DNA from: Hypanus sabinus
Lineage: Eukaryota
DNA length: 64,000 nucleotides
Direction: 5' to 3'
Assembly (NCBI RefSeq): GCF_030144855.1
Contig: NW_026779273.1
Span: 1 to 64,000, forward strand
In this document: piece after piece, positions 25,912-39,476 of the stretch
Layout: every line of letters starts with the position of its first letter
Numbering within the stretch: the stretch's first letter is position 1
Made by a program: the position numbers and the translations under genes
The notes under the pieces: model-generated
The model's database searches: none
What the model was told of the DNA's origin: nothing
Seen by the model: the letters and a program-made list of their open reading frames with translations, nothing else

Positions 25912-26544
25912 TTGGAACACGGAATTAGTTAGAGGTTGCACCCGGAGACTGGAAATGCAATCCATTCTGCCCATCGAAACGTGCTAATATCAGTTCAAAT
26001 GAGGGAAACATGAAGCCTACTTAGTCACATTCTGCGTATATCTGCCCGTCTATCATGTATCTTATCTCCGTCAGTAGACTTTCTGACTGCCTCACTCAGT
26101 CTGGTAATGCTCCCCTTTCACCATTCTCCTTTCTCATTTCCCTCTCACGATCCCTCCTTTCACCTCCCTCTGGTTGTCCTCCCCCTTTTCTTACTTCTGT
26201 CCTCACCTATCAGACTCCCCATTGTCCAAACCTGTATGTCCTTCACCAATCAATTTCCTAACTTTTTATTTCACACAAGGCTTTTACGAGATGGGGTTGC
26301 TATCCCTGTGCCGAATACACCCCCTTTCACAAACTACTGTCTATGGGCGGAGTTTAATTCCATCGATCAATGAGAGCTTGGGCGTAACTACTTGCCGATG
26401 CAGCGCATGATGATCTGTCAATCATCGAGAGGGGGCGTGGATACTGACTCCTGGTGTACAGTCAGCTGGGCAATGTAAACTAGTTTGAAAGCCCGTTCCC
26501 CTCCTTGACACTCTCAATGGCAAGAGTGAAACGTCGACATAGTC

Positions 26545-27438
26545 ATGTTTCTCTTACTGGGGATAATAACGTTATTTCATGGTGAGTATTTCATGAAACG
26601 GGCCTGTTTTGTTTCAGCTTTTACTGCACTTTTACTTCTCACAGTCACTCACTATCGCACTGGCTTTCCGTCGTCACGATTTTTATGTATGCTTTCGCCA
26701 ACTTCTTCACTATTCTCTCATCCCCTTTATCTGTCCCTATCTCTTTTCCGTGTGCACTCATCGTTTGTAATTGCATAACTTCACTCAGCTCTACAACTTT
26801 TTTTAAACTTTTTTCCATCTTTAACCCTTTCTCTGATATTCTCCTGTCCATCTCCATTTACTTCCACCTGTCCATTTATCTTTTTAGTGCGTCTGCGTAT
26901 TGGTTTATGTTTTAAATATCATTAACTATCTAACTGTCTGTTTGTCTATCTTCTTATCTAAGTTCTCGCCAATCCATTTATCTATCTATTAAACCAGAAC
27001 GCTCTGGCGATCGATGTATGTAAGTATGCATATCTGTATCTATCTGTTCGTTCGCATGTTTGAATGCCTATCTATCTATCTCTCTATCATTGAGGTACGT
27101 TAATTGGAAATTATTTTGATTGTCGATTTTAACCTTTCTAGGGGCACGGAGTGAATTAGTTTTCCAAAAAGACCGATTCCTCACAGTATACGAACGGGGC
27201 TCTGTGATGATATCCTGTTTGTACAAAATACCCACCCCAGGACCTACTGGTATCGACAGGCTCCCAACCAGGGGCTGGAGCTCCTGATCTACGCCTATAG
27301 GAATAACGCCCCGGAGATATCCGAAGGATTCAGGAACAGACTGTCAGCAGTCAGGGGGTCAGACGATTCCTACCATCTTAACCTGACTGGGCTGCTCCTC
27401 GGGGACACGGCTGTGTATTTCTGCGCAAGCGATAGCAC
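26545..27438 (+). pseudogene. TCR V segment V-H (divergent singleton family), frameshifted; absent from the ORF track
   Basis: Leader 26545-26581 (MFLLLGIITLFH, GT donor). V exon 27142-27438 reads GARSELVFQ..VMISCLY, shifts frame near 27240-27247, then YWYRQAPNQGLELLIYAY..DTAVYFCASDS. Confidence 0.88.
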
Positions 27439-27477
27439 CACAGCAGTGCCGGCAGACTAACATATACTGCAAAAACC
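27439..27477 (+). other. 23-RSS of V-H
   Basis: CACAGCA + 23 bp + GCAAAAACC. Confidence 0.9.
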
Positions 27478-29569
27478 TATCGTCAAACATAGCCTCCAAC
27501 CCCCTTCACCACACTCCCCTCCCACCTCCCCTCATCCCCTCAGTGGCAACGGTTTCATAACCGGGGCACATTCAGAGGAACCCATGACTCCCGAAATTCC
27601 AAGCAGCCAAATGTTCTCACTGGTCTCCATGGCGACATTACTGACGCTTAGTAACCCATTAACATTTTCAGCTATTAATATTTTCATTAATACATTAATA
27701 TTAAATATTAATATTAATAAGTAAACATTAATATTTTCAGCTATTGTATGTTTAATACCTAATTATGCATCTGTCTATCTAATATATCTGCCTTACTGTC
27801 TATCGGTCCCTCTTTTTATCTATCTATCCATGTGTCATTCCATCGGTCTATCTATCTACCTGTCGATCTATCTATATCTGTCTGTCTGCCTCTATCTAAT
27901 TTCTCCGTCAGTCCATCTGTCTGACTGACTACNNNNNNNNNNNNNNNNNNNNNNNNNNNNNNNNNNNNNNNNNNNNNNNNNNNNNNNNNNNNNNNNNNNN
28001 NNNNNNNNNNNNNNNNNNNNNNNNNNNNNNNNNNNNNNNNNNNNNNNNNNNNNNNNNNNNNNNNNNNNNNNNNNNNNNNNNNNNNNNNNNNNNNNNNNNN
28101 NNNNNNNNNNNNNNNNNNNNNNNNNNNNNNNNNNNNNNNNNNNNNNNNNNNNNNNNNNNNNTGTAGTCCTTGCACTGGACCTGGGGAACCAAACTCGTTG
28201 TTCATCTGGCGCGACATCACCAGCTTTGTCTGTGGCCATCTGTTCTCCATTTGTATTCTTTAAGACTGAGAGCAGGAAACGTCTCCGAGAAATGTCCGAA
28301 CACTCTCACCCTCGTATCTTTCTGGTAAATGATCTAAATTTCTGCGATAAGGGCCAGCACCGGCCCAAATTTTTTATTGCTGTAGAAGCTCCGACGCGTC
28401 TATCCTTTCGATAACAAAAAAAACTTCAAAGTACAGGTGCCACCTAGCAACGGTTTCGGGACCGCGAACCCCTGACAAATACAGAATTCAGCTGCGTGTG
28501 TGGCATCTCTATTTTTCCGGAAAGCCTAACGGTTTCCGATTTGCACAACGTAATTTACAACTTTATACAGGAGCGTACAACACAGGAACAGGCAGTTCGG
28601 CCTACAATCCGGAGACTCACGAGCTAAGAAGCAAATCTATAACACCGAAAACGAATCCTTTTCACATATTGCATGTCCACTTCCCTCCTTCTTCCTCAGA
28701 TTTGTACGTCTATCGACATTTCCATTTAAAGGCACTAATATATTAGCCTTTCCCACCAGACCAGATAGGGCATACCTTGATTCTCTTTCAAATATGTTTA
28801 TTAAATTCCATATACACAAATACAAAATTCATATGTATATTTATTATACATCGAAATAAGTTAGCACAAAATGCAGTATATATAAATCGCACTGATGCAA
28901 TCCTTGATCATGATCAATCAAATACAATAAATTGAATTCTGAAATACAATAATTATATGGTTAATTATATTATTTAAAAAACCTACACCCACTATCAAGA
29001 ACAAGTTGGGTGAAAAAAAAGAGAAAAATGAGCACTGTACCAGGTAGTGCTTTGATATAATAGCCCAGATCTGTAACAATAACAATTCAAAGTTGATTAA
29101 AATAGTTCAGAAAGTGTCCCCATAGATGTTTGAATCAGAAGTCCAACAACGAATCTTCTCTAGATTTAAACATGACATAACATCGTATAACCGTTATGCA
29201 TGTGTGTGTGGCGTGGTGGGGGGACATCATTCCATTTAAGCAAGATCGCTATCCAAGACAAATAGAAATAAAAGCCAGTAACTGCAAATAAGAAGGCTCC
29301 AAACTTATAACTCTCCTCAAAAACACCAAGTAATGCAGTCAAAGGATTGGGCTTAAAATTAACTTTAAAAATGTACCGAGAGAGTTTGGGATACATCTTT
29401 CCAAACTTTTCCAACCTGGAACATGACTAAAACATAGAATCAATGAATCCTCTCTGATTATTACATCTGTTCATTATCTGAGTAAAATAATAACCCTGAC
29501 ATCCTACTTAAATCCTGGGAAAAGTATTCTGCATGTCTATACCTTTCATAATCTTATAATCCTCCATTG

Positions 29570-31370
29570 GGGAGGGGTCAGAGTAGATTCACGAGCTTGC
29601 TTCCAGGAAAGAAAGGGTTACTGTAAGAGGAACGTCTGTCAGCTCTTGGGCTGTATTCCCTGGAGTTCAACAGAAGGAGAGGGGTTATTGTAGAACCAGT
29701 AGGAATGTTATAAGGCCTGAACAGAGTGGATATGACAGGTGTTCTCCAAGGTAGGGGATTCTAGGAGAAGAAAGCTTGAAGGACATCCTTTTAGAACTGA
29801 GATGCAGAAGAAATTACTTTAGTCAGAAGGAGGTAAATTTCTTGCCACGACCGGCTGTAGAGACCAAGTCATTGAATGCATTTAAAGCAGTATAGATAGT
29901 TTCTTGATTAAGTAGATTTAAAATGGTAATGGGAGAAGGCAGAAGAGTGGGGATGACTGGAAGTATTGGGGGAGACAATGCTTGAATAACGGAGCAGATT
30001 CGATGGGCCAAATGGGCTATTTCTTCTCCTATATCTTATGGCGTTACGGTCTTTCAGATCTCCCCTCAGCCTCCGCTGCTCCTGCGAAAACTATCAAGTT
30101 TCCCCAGCTTCCCATGATCGCGCATTTTTTCTAAAGCTGTCAGCTTCCTGGTGAATCTCCTCAGAACCCTTTCCACTCTTCAGATTTCTTCCTGTAGTGG
30201 AGCGACCGTATGTCTCTGTAATTCTCAAAAAGCAGACTGACGAGATTTCTATAAAGTTGCAACATAATATCTTGACGTTTGAAGACAGTGCCTTGACTAT
30301 TAAAAGCAGGCACGCCATAATGCTTCTTAACCAACATATAGACATGCACAGCCATTTTCAAGGATCTATGAGCTTGTACCCCAGGATCTCCCTGTTAAAA
30401 GACACTTGTTAGGGTGACATTCTGTTTGCATTTGCCCTACCAAAGTAAAACACCTCACTAAAACACGAGATTCCGTGGAACTGAAGAGAAATCCGGACTG
30501 TATGTTATTCCCAGGATCCATGGTCAGGGAAGTCCCGGGTCGGGCTCACGACACTCTGGGTGAGGAGCCAGAAGTCTCGGTATATGTTGGTACCACCGAC
30601 ATCTCTTACCATCTCCTCTGTACCTACTTACAAACAATTTAAACTGTGCCTTCATTGTATTACCCGATTTAGCTCTGGGAAAAGAAAACCTCCGACTATC
30701 CACACAATCAATGCCTCTCATCATGTTATACTCCTCGCTCAGGTCACCTCCCAAATACGTCGGTCCAAGGAGAAAAGGCGGAGTTCACTCAAATTATTCT
30801 CATAGGGCATACTCTCCAATCCAGGTTACATCCTTGTTAATCCGTTCTGCAACCTTCCTATGATTTCCACGTCCTTCCTGTCGTGACGCGACCAGAGCTG
30901 AGCACGTGGGTTCTGACCAGATTCCTATATTGCTGCAACATTACCTCTCGGCTGTTAAACTCAATCCCACGATTGGTGAAGGCCAATGCACCGCACGCCT
31001 TCTTAACCACAGGGTCAACCTGCACGGCACCTTTGAGCGACCTATGGACTCGGGCCCCAAGACCCCTCTGATTCTTAGTCGGATGAGGAAGTTTTGTATG
31101 GGCCCCCAAATCCAAACAACTTTCTACAGGGGCATAATTAACAGCATGCTGACTGGCTGCACCACTGCCTGGTATGGGAACTGTAACTCCCTTAATTGTC
31201 GGACTCTGCATAGTGTGGTGCGGACAGCTCAGCGCGTCTGCAGTTGTGAACTTCCCATGATTGAGGACATTAACAAGGACGGCCATCCCAAACACAATCT
31301 ATTCCAACTGCTCCCATCCTGAAAGCGGTACCAATAGGATTGGGGGCAGCTTCTTCTACCAGGCCGTTAG
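29570..31370. mobile_element. Cluster of decayed CR1 (both strands) and Rex1/Babar fragments
   Basis: LAFTNRGIEFNSREVMLQQYRNLVR (minus strand, CR1); FYRGIINSMLTGCTTAWYGNC (plus strand, Rex1/Babar-like). Confidence 0.7.
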
Positions 31371-32000
31371 AAGGAGCAATAAGGAAGCGTTAGTTAGCAA
31401 TCTTTTCCTGCGATGCCCCTTGGGTAAGAGTGACCATAATATGGTGGAATTCTGCATTAAGATGGAGAGTGTCATAGCTAATTCAGATACAAAGATTCAG
31501 AACTTAAAGAAGGATAACTTTGAAGGTATGAGACGTGAATTAGTTAAGATAGACTGGCAAATGATACTTAAAGGGTTGACAGTGGATATGCAATGACAAG
31601 CATTTAACGATCGCATGGATGAACTACAACAGTTGTAAAAAAATAAATCAGGGAATAAACTACTGCGCCCGTGGCTGACAAGGGAAATTAGTGATAGAAT
31701 CAAGTCCAAAGAAGAAACATATAAATTAGCAAAAAAAACGTGGCACACTTGAGGACAGCGAGAAATTCAGAGACCAGCAGAGGAGAACAAAGGTCTTAAC
31801 TAGGAAAAGGAAAAAAAAAAGATTAGTGAATAGGAAAAGATTGGTCAAGACAAATGTAGGTCCTTTACAGTCAGAAACAGGCGAATTGATCATAAGGAGC
31901 AAATTCATGGCAGAGCAAATGAAAAACTACTTTGGTTCTGTTTTCACTAAGGAGGACATAAACAATCTTCCGGAAATAGTAAGGGACCGAGGGTCTAGTG
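31370..32000 (+). mobile_element. CR1 LINE ORF2 fragment, 5' of the hAT insertion
   Basis: Peptides such as LGKSDHNMVEF and KTNVGPLQSETGE..YFGSVFTKED, typical of the CR1 ORF2 endonuclease-RT linker. Confidence 0.82.
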
Positions 32001-34466
32001 CGGGGGTCGGCAACCTGCGGCTCCCGAGCCATTTGTGGCTCTTTCACCTCTGTGCTGCGGCTCCCTGTGGCTTTGGGAAATAATTGGTCAGTATTTAATT
32101 AAAATGTATTTTATGTTAGTTTGTTAGCTTTTGAAATGTAATTCTAAATTTGAAGATTATGGTGATCTTGTACAATCTAAGTGTGGCGACACATTTCCTG
32201 GCACATCCGAAACGGCTCACAATTAGCCAGCATTCCGGCTAAGGGAGATAGCCTACGGGGGTTTGTGAGTACGCGTCTTTTGCAGCATCTGCGTCCATGG
32301 GGGCTGGGTTGAGGGAGGCTTAAAAGCAAGGCTGTTTAGTTCGAATAAAGTTATTCGACTGCAGTTTACTGACTGCGTGAGCACTCCGCTACAACGTGTT
32401 TTTATCGCTATTAATATACGTCACCACTGCCAATACCTGACACCCGCCAGTGCGCAATTTCTTTAATTTTTCGATCCAAGGTAAGCCAACTATGGAGAAT
32501 TCTAAAAAAAGAAAAGTGACTGAAGAAAACAGAACGTTTAATGATACGTGGACAGATTCATTTGCTTTCACTGTTGACGAGACTGGTTTACCGGTATGCT
32601 TAATATGCAATGAGAAACTAGCAAACAACAAAAAGTCAAATGTCGCAAGGCATTTCCAGAATAACACGCAGCCTTTGCTCAAAAATATCCGGATGGAGAT
32701 GAGAGAAAAAAAGCCGTTTCGGAACTGATGCGGAAGGTTGATCTGAGCAAAAATCATTTCCAGAAATGGATGAAGTCTGGAAAATCAACGACATACGCCA
32801 GTTATATTGCCGCTCAGGAAATAGTCAGGCACGGGAAGCAGTTTACAGATGGTGAATATATAAAAGAATCTTTCATTAAGATTTCAGAACATCTATTCAC
32901 GGACTTTAAAAACAAGAGTGAAATTGTGCAGAAAATCAGGGATATGCCCCTCTCTGCAAAGACTGTCAAAGACAGAACCATAAAAATGGCAGAAGACATC
33001 ACAAGACAGCAAATTAAAGACATCAATTTAGCTGTGGCCTACTCGATTGCCTGTGACGAGTCTAAAGACAAAGGTGATATTGAACAAATAGCGCTGTTCT
33101 GCCGGTATGTAAACTCTGCCGGGCCACAGGAAGAACTGATTGAGTTGATACCTCTAAAAGACCAAACACGGGGGGAGGACATCTGTGAGGCTGTCTTGAA
33201 TTGTTTAAGAGCCAAAGGAATAAAGACCACCCATCTGGTGTCAGTAGCTACTGATGGGGCACCGAATATGACGGGAACGCACAAGGGATTTGTGGCTTTA
33301 CTGCAGAAGTCGCTGGACAGAAAGCTGCTGACTTTTCACTGCATCTTGCACCAAGAGGCACTGTGCGCTCAAACATTTCCTCCGGAATGCACAGAAGTAA
33401 TGGATGCTGTCATTCAGATTGTCAATAAAATAATGGCAAAAAGTTTAAATCACCGTCAATTCCGTTTGTTACTGGACGAGCTGGAAAGCGCATATTCTGA
33501 TCTCTTGCTGCACAACAAAGTCCGGTGGCTGTCCAAAGGGGAGGTGCTGAAACGTTTTGTCGCGTGTCTGGAAGAAGTGAAAACTTTCCTGGGCAGCAAA
33601 GTGCTCACCTTTCCTGAGCTGGAACAGCCAGAGTGGCTGGAAAAGCTACACTTCATGGTAGACATGACAGCGCACCTGAACACGCTGAACACAGCTCTTC
33701 AGGGGAAAGGACGCACAGCCCTGCACATGTTGGAGGATGTCTTGGCATTCGAGCGCAAGTTGACAGTGCTTGCCAGAGATTTACAGAAAGGCACTTTGTC
33801 TCACTTCCCCAATTTGAGAGAGTTCAAACAAGGTCACGACATGATAAATTCGGAGTATTTACATTCTGCAATCATCGCAATGCAAACATCGTTTGGGAAA
33901 CGCTTCTGTGAGTTCAGAGAGGAAAAAAAACACATTATCCTTCCCGGTCACTCCCCTAAGCATCGATCCATCCCTACTGAATACGACTGCATTGTCAGGT
34001 GTGAGTCAACCTGAACAAGTATGATAAATATTTTAATTGCCTATTATTTTACGTATACTCATATGTTTTCATTGTTCAGTGAAATAGTCCTTTTATTTTT
34101 CAGGTTGACAGCTGGCTGACGTTATTTTTGGTTTGCTGCTGGCGGCAAATTTAAGTTTGGCGTTTTTCATAAATACAAGAAGAACTCAAATAGACATTGA
34201 GTATTTTACTTAAAAGTAACCTTCAACCCAACCTCTTTTTTTCGGAGTTCAAAATGTTTTTGTTGCATGCAGAAATGTAATTTCGTTTTCTCTGCAGGAG
34301 TTCATCAATTTCATAAATGCAACACATTATAGTTTGTTTATACATAGCATAAAGGCAAAACAAAACGTTGTATGCAGTGTTATTTCATTTTAATGGTCAA
34401 ACGGGTTTTGCGGCTCCCAGTGTTTTCTTTTCTGTGGGAAACGGGTCCAAGTGGCTCTTTCAGTGG
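32001..34466 (+). mobile_element. hAT DNA transposon (Charlie/SPIN-like), defective
   Basis: Left end CGGGGGTCGGCAACCT preceded by a Charlie-type 8-bp target GTCTAGTG. Transposase 32492-34014 has a Zn-finger-like CLIC..RHF, YSIACDES, SVATDGAPNM, HCILHQEALC and VRWLS motifs. Frameshifts near 32660 and 33925; C-terminus and right TIR missing. Confidence 0.9.
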
Positions 34467-36120
34467 AACTGAGGGAAATAAATGTTTGTAAGGAAGTGGT
34501 GTTAGGTAAATTGAAGGGATTAAAGGCAGACAAATCCCCAGGGCCAGAATGCTTAAGGAAGTAGCCCAAGAAACAGTGGCTGCATTAGCGATAATTTTTT
34601 CAAAACTCCTCATATTCTGGATTAGTTCCTAGGATTGGTGGGTGGCTAACCCCACTTTAAAAAAAAAAAAAACAGGGAGAGATAAACCGGGGAATTAATG
34701 ACCGGTTAGTCTGACATCGGTGGTGCGGAAAATGCTGGAGACGGTTATCAAATATGTGATAACAGCACATTTGGAAAGAGGTGAAATTATCGGACAAAGT
34801 CAGCACGAATTTGTGAAAGGAAAATCATGTCTGACGAATCTTATATAATTTTTTGAAGATGTAACTAGTAGAGTGGATAGGGGAGAACCAGTGGATGTGG
34901 TATATTTAGATTTTCAAAAGTCTTTTGACAAGGTCCCACAAGGAGATTGGCAAGGAGATTAGTGTGCAAACTTAAAGCACACGGTATTGGGGGTATGGTA
35001 TTGATGTTGATAGAGAATTGGTTGGAAGTTAGGAAGCAAAGAGTGGTTGTAAACGGGCCCTTTTCAGAATGGCAGGCAATGACTCGTGGGCTACCGCAAG
35101 GCTCAGTGCTGGGAGCCCAGTTGTTTACAATATATATTAATGATATAGACGAGGGATTTAAATGCAGCATCTCCAAGTTACCGGATGACACGAAGCTGTG
35201 CGGCGGTGTTAGCTCTGAGGAGGATGCTAAGAGGATGCAGGGTGACTTGGATAGGTTAGGTGAGAGGGCAAATCATGGCAGATGCAATTTAATGTGTATA
35301 AACGTGACGGTATCCACTTTGGTTGCAAGAACAGGAAAACAATTATTATCAGAACGGTGGCCGATTAGGAAAAGGCTGGTGCAACGAGACCTGGGTGTCA
35401 TTGTACATCAGTCATTGAATGTGGACATGCAGGTACAGCAGGGGGTGAAAAAGGCAAATTGTATGTTGACAGTCATAGCACAAGGACTTGAGTACAGAAG
35501 CAGGGAGGTTCGAATGCAGTTGTACAAGGCCTTGGTGAAAGCGCACTTAAAATTATTGTGCGCAGTTTTGGTCCCCTCATCTGAGGAAAGACATTCCTGC
35601 CATAGAGGAAGTACAGAGAAGGTTCGTTCACCAGATTGATTCCTGGGATGGCAGGACTTTCATATGAAGAAAGACTGGATTGACTCGTGTTATACTCACT
35701 GGAGTTGAGAAGATTGAGGGGGGATATTATTGAAACGTATAAAATTCTAAAGGCTTTGGAAAGGCTAGATGCAGGAAGTTTGTTTCCGATTTTAGGTAAG
35801 TCCAGAACGAGGTGTCACAGTTTAAGGATTAAAGGGAAGCCTTTTATCACCGAGATGAGGAAAAACTTCTTCAGACAGAGAGTGGTGAATCTGTGGAATT
35901 CTCAGCCACAGGAAACAGTTGAGGCCGGTTCATTGGCTATATTTAAGAGGAAGTTAGATATGGCCCTTGTGGCTAAAGGGATCGGGGGTATGGAGAGAAA
36001 GCAGGTACAGGGTTCTGAGTTGGATGATCAGCCATGATCATACTGAATGGCGGTCCAGACTCGAAGGGCCGAATGGCCTACTCCTTGCATCTATTTTTAA
36101 TGTTTCTATGTTTCTATGAC
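34467..36120 (+). mobile_element. CR1 LINE ORF2 RT and 3' end, resuming after the hAT
   Basis: KSPGP, YLDFQK.FDKV, PQGSVLG, DDTKL and RRLRGD motifs with many disruptions; (TTTCTATG)n-like tail. Confidence 0.88.
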
Positions 36121-37170
36121 TTGAGTGATTTTTACCCCTCATGTTTGTGAAGGATGTAAGAAATAATTTCAATTCAATTCAATTTAGATCTTTATCATTT
36201 TATTTACTTTACAACTAAGAGCTCATGTTTGTTCCACTGTCAGTGGACGCTGCCGGAACTACTGGGAAATCCCGATGTGGTTGTTCTAATTGTTGTGGTA
36301 TTTTTAGCTAATTCCATGTACATACCTCTCTCTGTCTGAACATGTTACTCCTAAATTTTCACCATTTCACCAAGAAGCTATACGTTCAGTCTGGAAGCGT
36401 TATCCCTCTAATCCTTCCCCATTTCAGAGCCTTTTTTACAGATTCAGCAGAGTGAACCAACATCGTCCAATTACCCCCGGGTGACCAAATAACCTACTAC
36501 CATTTATGTCTTCGGAATGTGGGATGAAACCGGAGCACCCGCATGAAATTTACGCGGTCCAGAGTAGAACGTTGGAATTCCTTATAAAACTGAACGAGGC
36601 TCGCTGGCGATGCCATTCCGTCACGTCAACCGTGCTGCCCCTGAATACTACTCGGCTTTGTAAATGTAATTGCATCAGCCACTTCCCGTGTGTAGAGAAG
36701 TTTCATCGCATTTTCCCCCTCCTGTTAAAACTTTACTTTTCTACAGAACAGATACTGCAGACACTGGAAAACAAAAGTAGCAGACAAGGTAATGGTGAGG
36801 GAGCCGGTCATGGAGGCCGGTGTGACCGTCGGTGTAGGAGGGGATCACGGATCGGGGAGGGATATAGGGGAGGGAAAATAACGAAAACAGGGCCTATGTA
36901 TGAGAGGGAGGGTCTGCCGGAGATGCTGAGCAGCGTATTGTAGGGGGAGATCACAATAACCGGGCTATGTAGGGGAGGGAGAGTTTACTGAGAAGCGGAG
37001 GGTTGCAGGGGATAGATGGAATGGCAGGGACAGGGATTTATGTAAGGGAGGACGAGGGTAATAGAGATCGAGATAGGCGTAGAGAAGGGAGTGTTGACGG
37101 AGAATGGGAGGAGCGACCTCTGAGTTGACTCAAGACAGCTGAACACCCTTTTTGGACCAAACTGTAATTA

Positions 37171-37430
37171 GTGGCCCTTCGCTACTTAATCAATACATTC
37201 TTCCCCCTCGATTGGAGCTGGCGGGAAGACGCACTTCGCATGCACGCTGGTACTGGTAGAGAATGTGTGGGCACTGGATCTCTTGTTAACCTCCGCTGGG
37301 CAAGTCTCCATCAGCACCTACACGCCTGTCGGATACACGGCCAAGATGTTCAGTGATACGTGCTTGTCACTGGAAATGAAGGAACCCTCGCCCTCTCAAT
37401 CGGCCGTCCTCTTCTGCGCTTGCTGTACCT
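37171..37430 (+). pseudogene. TRBV: Decayed V segment V-I (V-B/O/P/Q family)
   Basis: Aligns by eye to V-O; C-terminal part reads LLLTSAGQVS..SAVLFCACC. CDR1 region deleted, WYRQ disrupted. RSS remnant CGCAGAG + ~21 bp + TAGAAAACC at 37431-37467. The 5' boundary is approximate. Confidence 0.8.
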
Positions 37431-39476
37431 CGCAGAGCTTCAAGAGGTGGACCTCCCTTAGAAAACCGTTCCCCAACTTGGACGATGGAGGTGAGACTGA
37501 TCCCCGACAAACGCCGTGGTAACTCTGTTTCCTCGGCTGTATTGAAGTACATTTGTTCTTCCTCGAGGTGGCAGCACATGTAATATATCGGGCTCACGTC
37601 TTCCACGATTGTGTCACAGTGACAAATCCAGGACTGGCCTGTTTTTGTCAACTGGAAGAAGTGATGACGTATTTCTATTAATTCTAAAGTGATTTCTTTT
37701 AAAATTCCTGGATAATTTGTTTTCACTTACTTTCTTTGGCGATACAGCAATCCTACCAGCCCAACGGAAACGCGCAGGACAATTTCTCCCACGTGACCTT
37801 TTGATTAATCAACTCTTACGTCTTTGCACTATGGGAGGAAATCGAACGACACTGAGGAGACCCACGCAGTTATGGAGAAAGCAGAACGAAACGCGGGCTC
37901 ATGTCGCTGACAGGACGCAGAGAAAGAGATAGACAGATGGAGAGAGACAGTGAAAGTGAGAAAGAGAGAGGGACAGTGACACAGGATGTTACTACAAAAC
38001 GTTATATAATGTCGTAGAGAGCGAGGGACAGAGAGAGAGAGAGAGACACAGACAGACAGACAGACAGACAGACAGAGAGACGGAGAGTAAAAGGGTAATA
38101 ACAAATCACTTTTCATGAGTTCATGAATCTTCATAAATCTGCTGGTGCGGTGTATGAAGCTGTTCCGGAATCGTTAAGTACGGGTCTTCGGTCTCCTCTA
38201 CCTGCTGCCCGATGTTGGCAAGGAGACGAAGACATGACCCTGGTGGCGCGGGTTCTCAGTGCTGGTGGGCGCGACGCTCATCTCCCAACAATATCCAGAC
38301 TATTGGGGATGATTGAGCCCCTGCTGGGGCTGGCTTATTCCACAGCTCTCGCTGGGCTCTTGCTGGATGCACCGAATGAGTTGATTCTACAACCCTCTGC
38401 AGACCCTTGCCATCCTGTGATTTGGAGCCTCAAAACAAGCGGCGTTGACATTCTAGATCACATCCAACTCCTAACATAGTAAAACCGCTGTCTCGTGTTG
38501 TTGCACTGTCCATCCCACCCACCCAGCTTCCACTCCCCCCTTGCGTTATCAGTTTATCAAGCATCTACCATTCATCCTTTCCGCTCGGATCACTTCATGC
38601 GCACTGGATAAGTGGGCGGTGAGATTTGTTTGCTGACGTTTGCACACGTGACCGTTCTGCTAATCGTTGTTTGCACACGGCTGTTTGCACCAGTGCCTTG
38701 TAAACTGCTGGTTGCTATTGTGTTGTCTGTAATGATCCTGCCCTGTGCTTTATGCTTGGCATTGAATCACAATCAATCCTGGAATGTTTCACAGACGGGT
38801 AATTATCTGATTCAGATGTACTTGTGCACAACTGAACTTTGATCTTGACTCCAAATAAGAGTCTGAAAATTCTTAAAAACGCACCATCCCCTCGTACTTT
38901 AATATGATTTATTTATCTAGAATTACATCGTGCAACTGGCCCTTCCGACCGAACGAGCCGGGTGGCCCGTCTAGCTTAACCACAGGACAATAGAATGACC
39001 AATCAACCTACCAAACGGTCCGCCTTCGGGAGGTGGGAGGAAACCAACGTGGTTCACGTGGAGAAAGTACAAAATCTCACAGATGCCGTCTGAAATTCAC
39101 CATGAACTCAGGACGAGCTGTTATGGTGTCGCGCTAACAGCTACTCTGCTGTTCTCTTATTAATTTCAAAGAGGGGATCTCCCGTACTAAATTGTTGTTC
39201 AATATCAAGTGAGTTTATTACAAACCAGTAAGATGTGCAATTTGCTTAAAGTCTATAAATTGCCGCAGGGGTTATCGCTGAGATGATCCCCGTGTGGATA
39301 CGGAGTGCCCCCTGTTTCCACTGCAGCACCTGGACATCCGGTCTCCATCGATCCGATTCTGCGCACATTCCTCCAATCAGAGACATAGGGGTAAAACAGC
39401 CAATCACATGACGAGAGTCGTAATAAAGGGGCTGGTGGCGTATAGTCTGCCATCTTACTTGAAGATGAAACAACAA

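Noticed and set aside
32492-34014. Domesticated GTF2IRD2/EPM2AIP1/ZBED-type gene
   Set aside because: It has a TIR and target site, two frameshifts and a truncated C-terminus, and it interrupts a LINE; it is a defective transposon.
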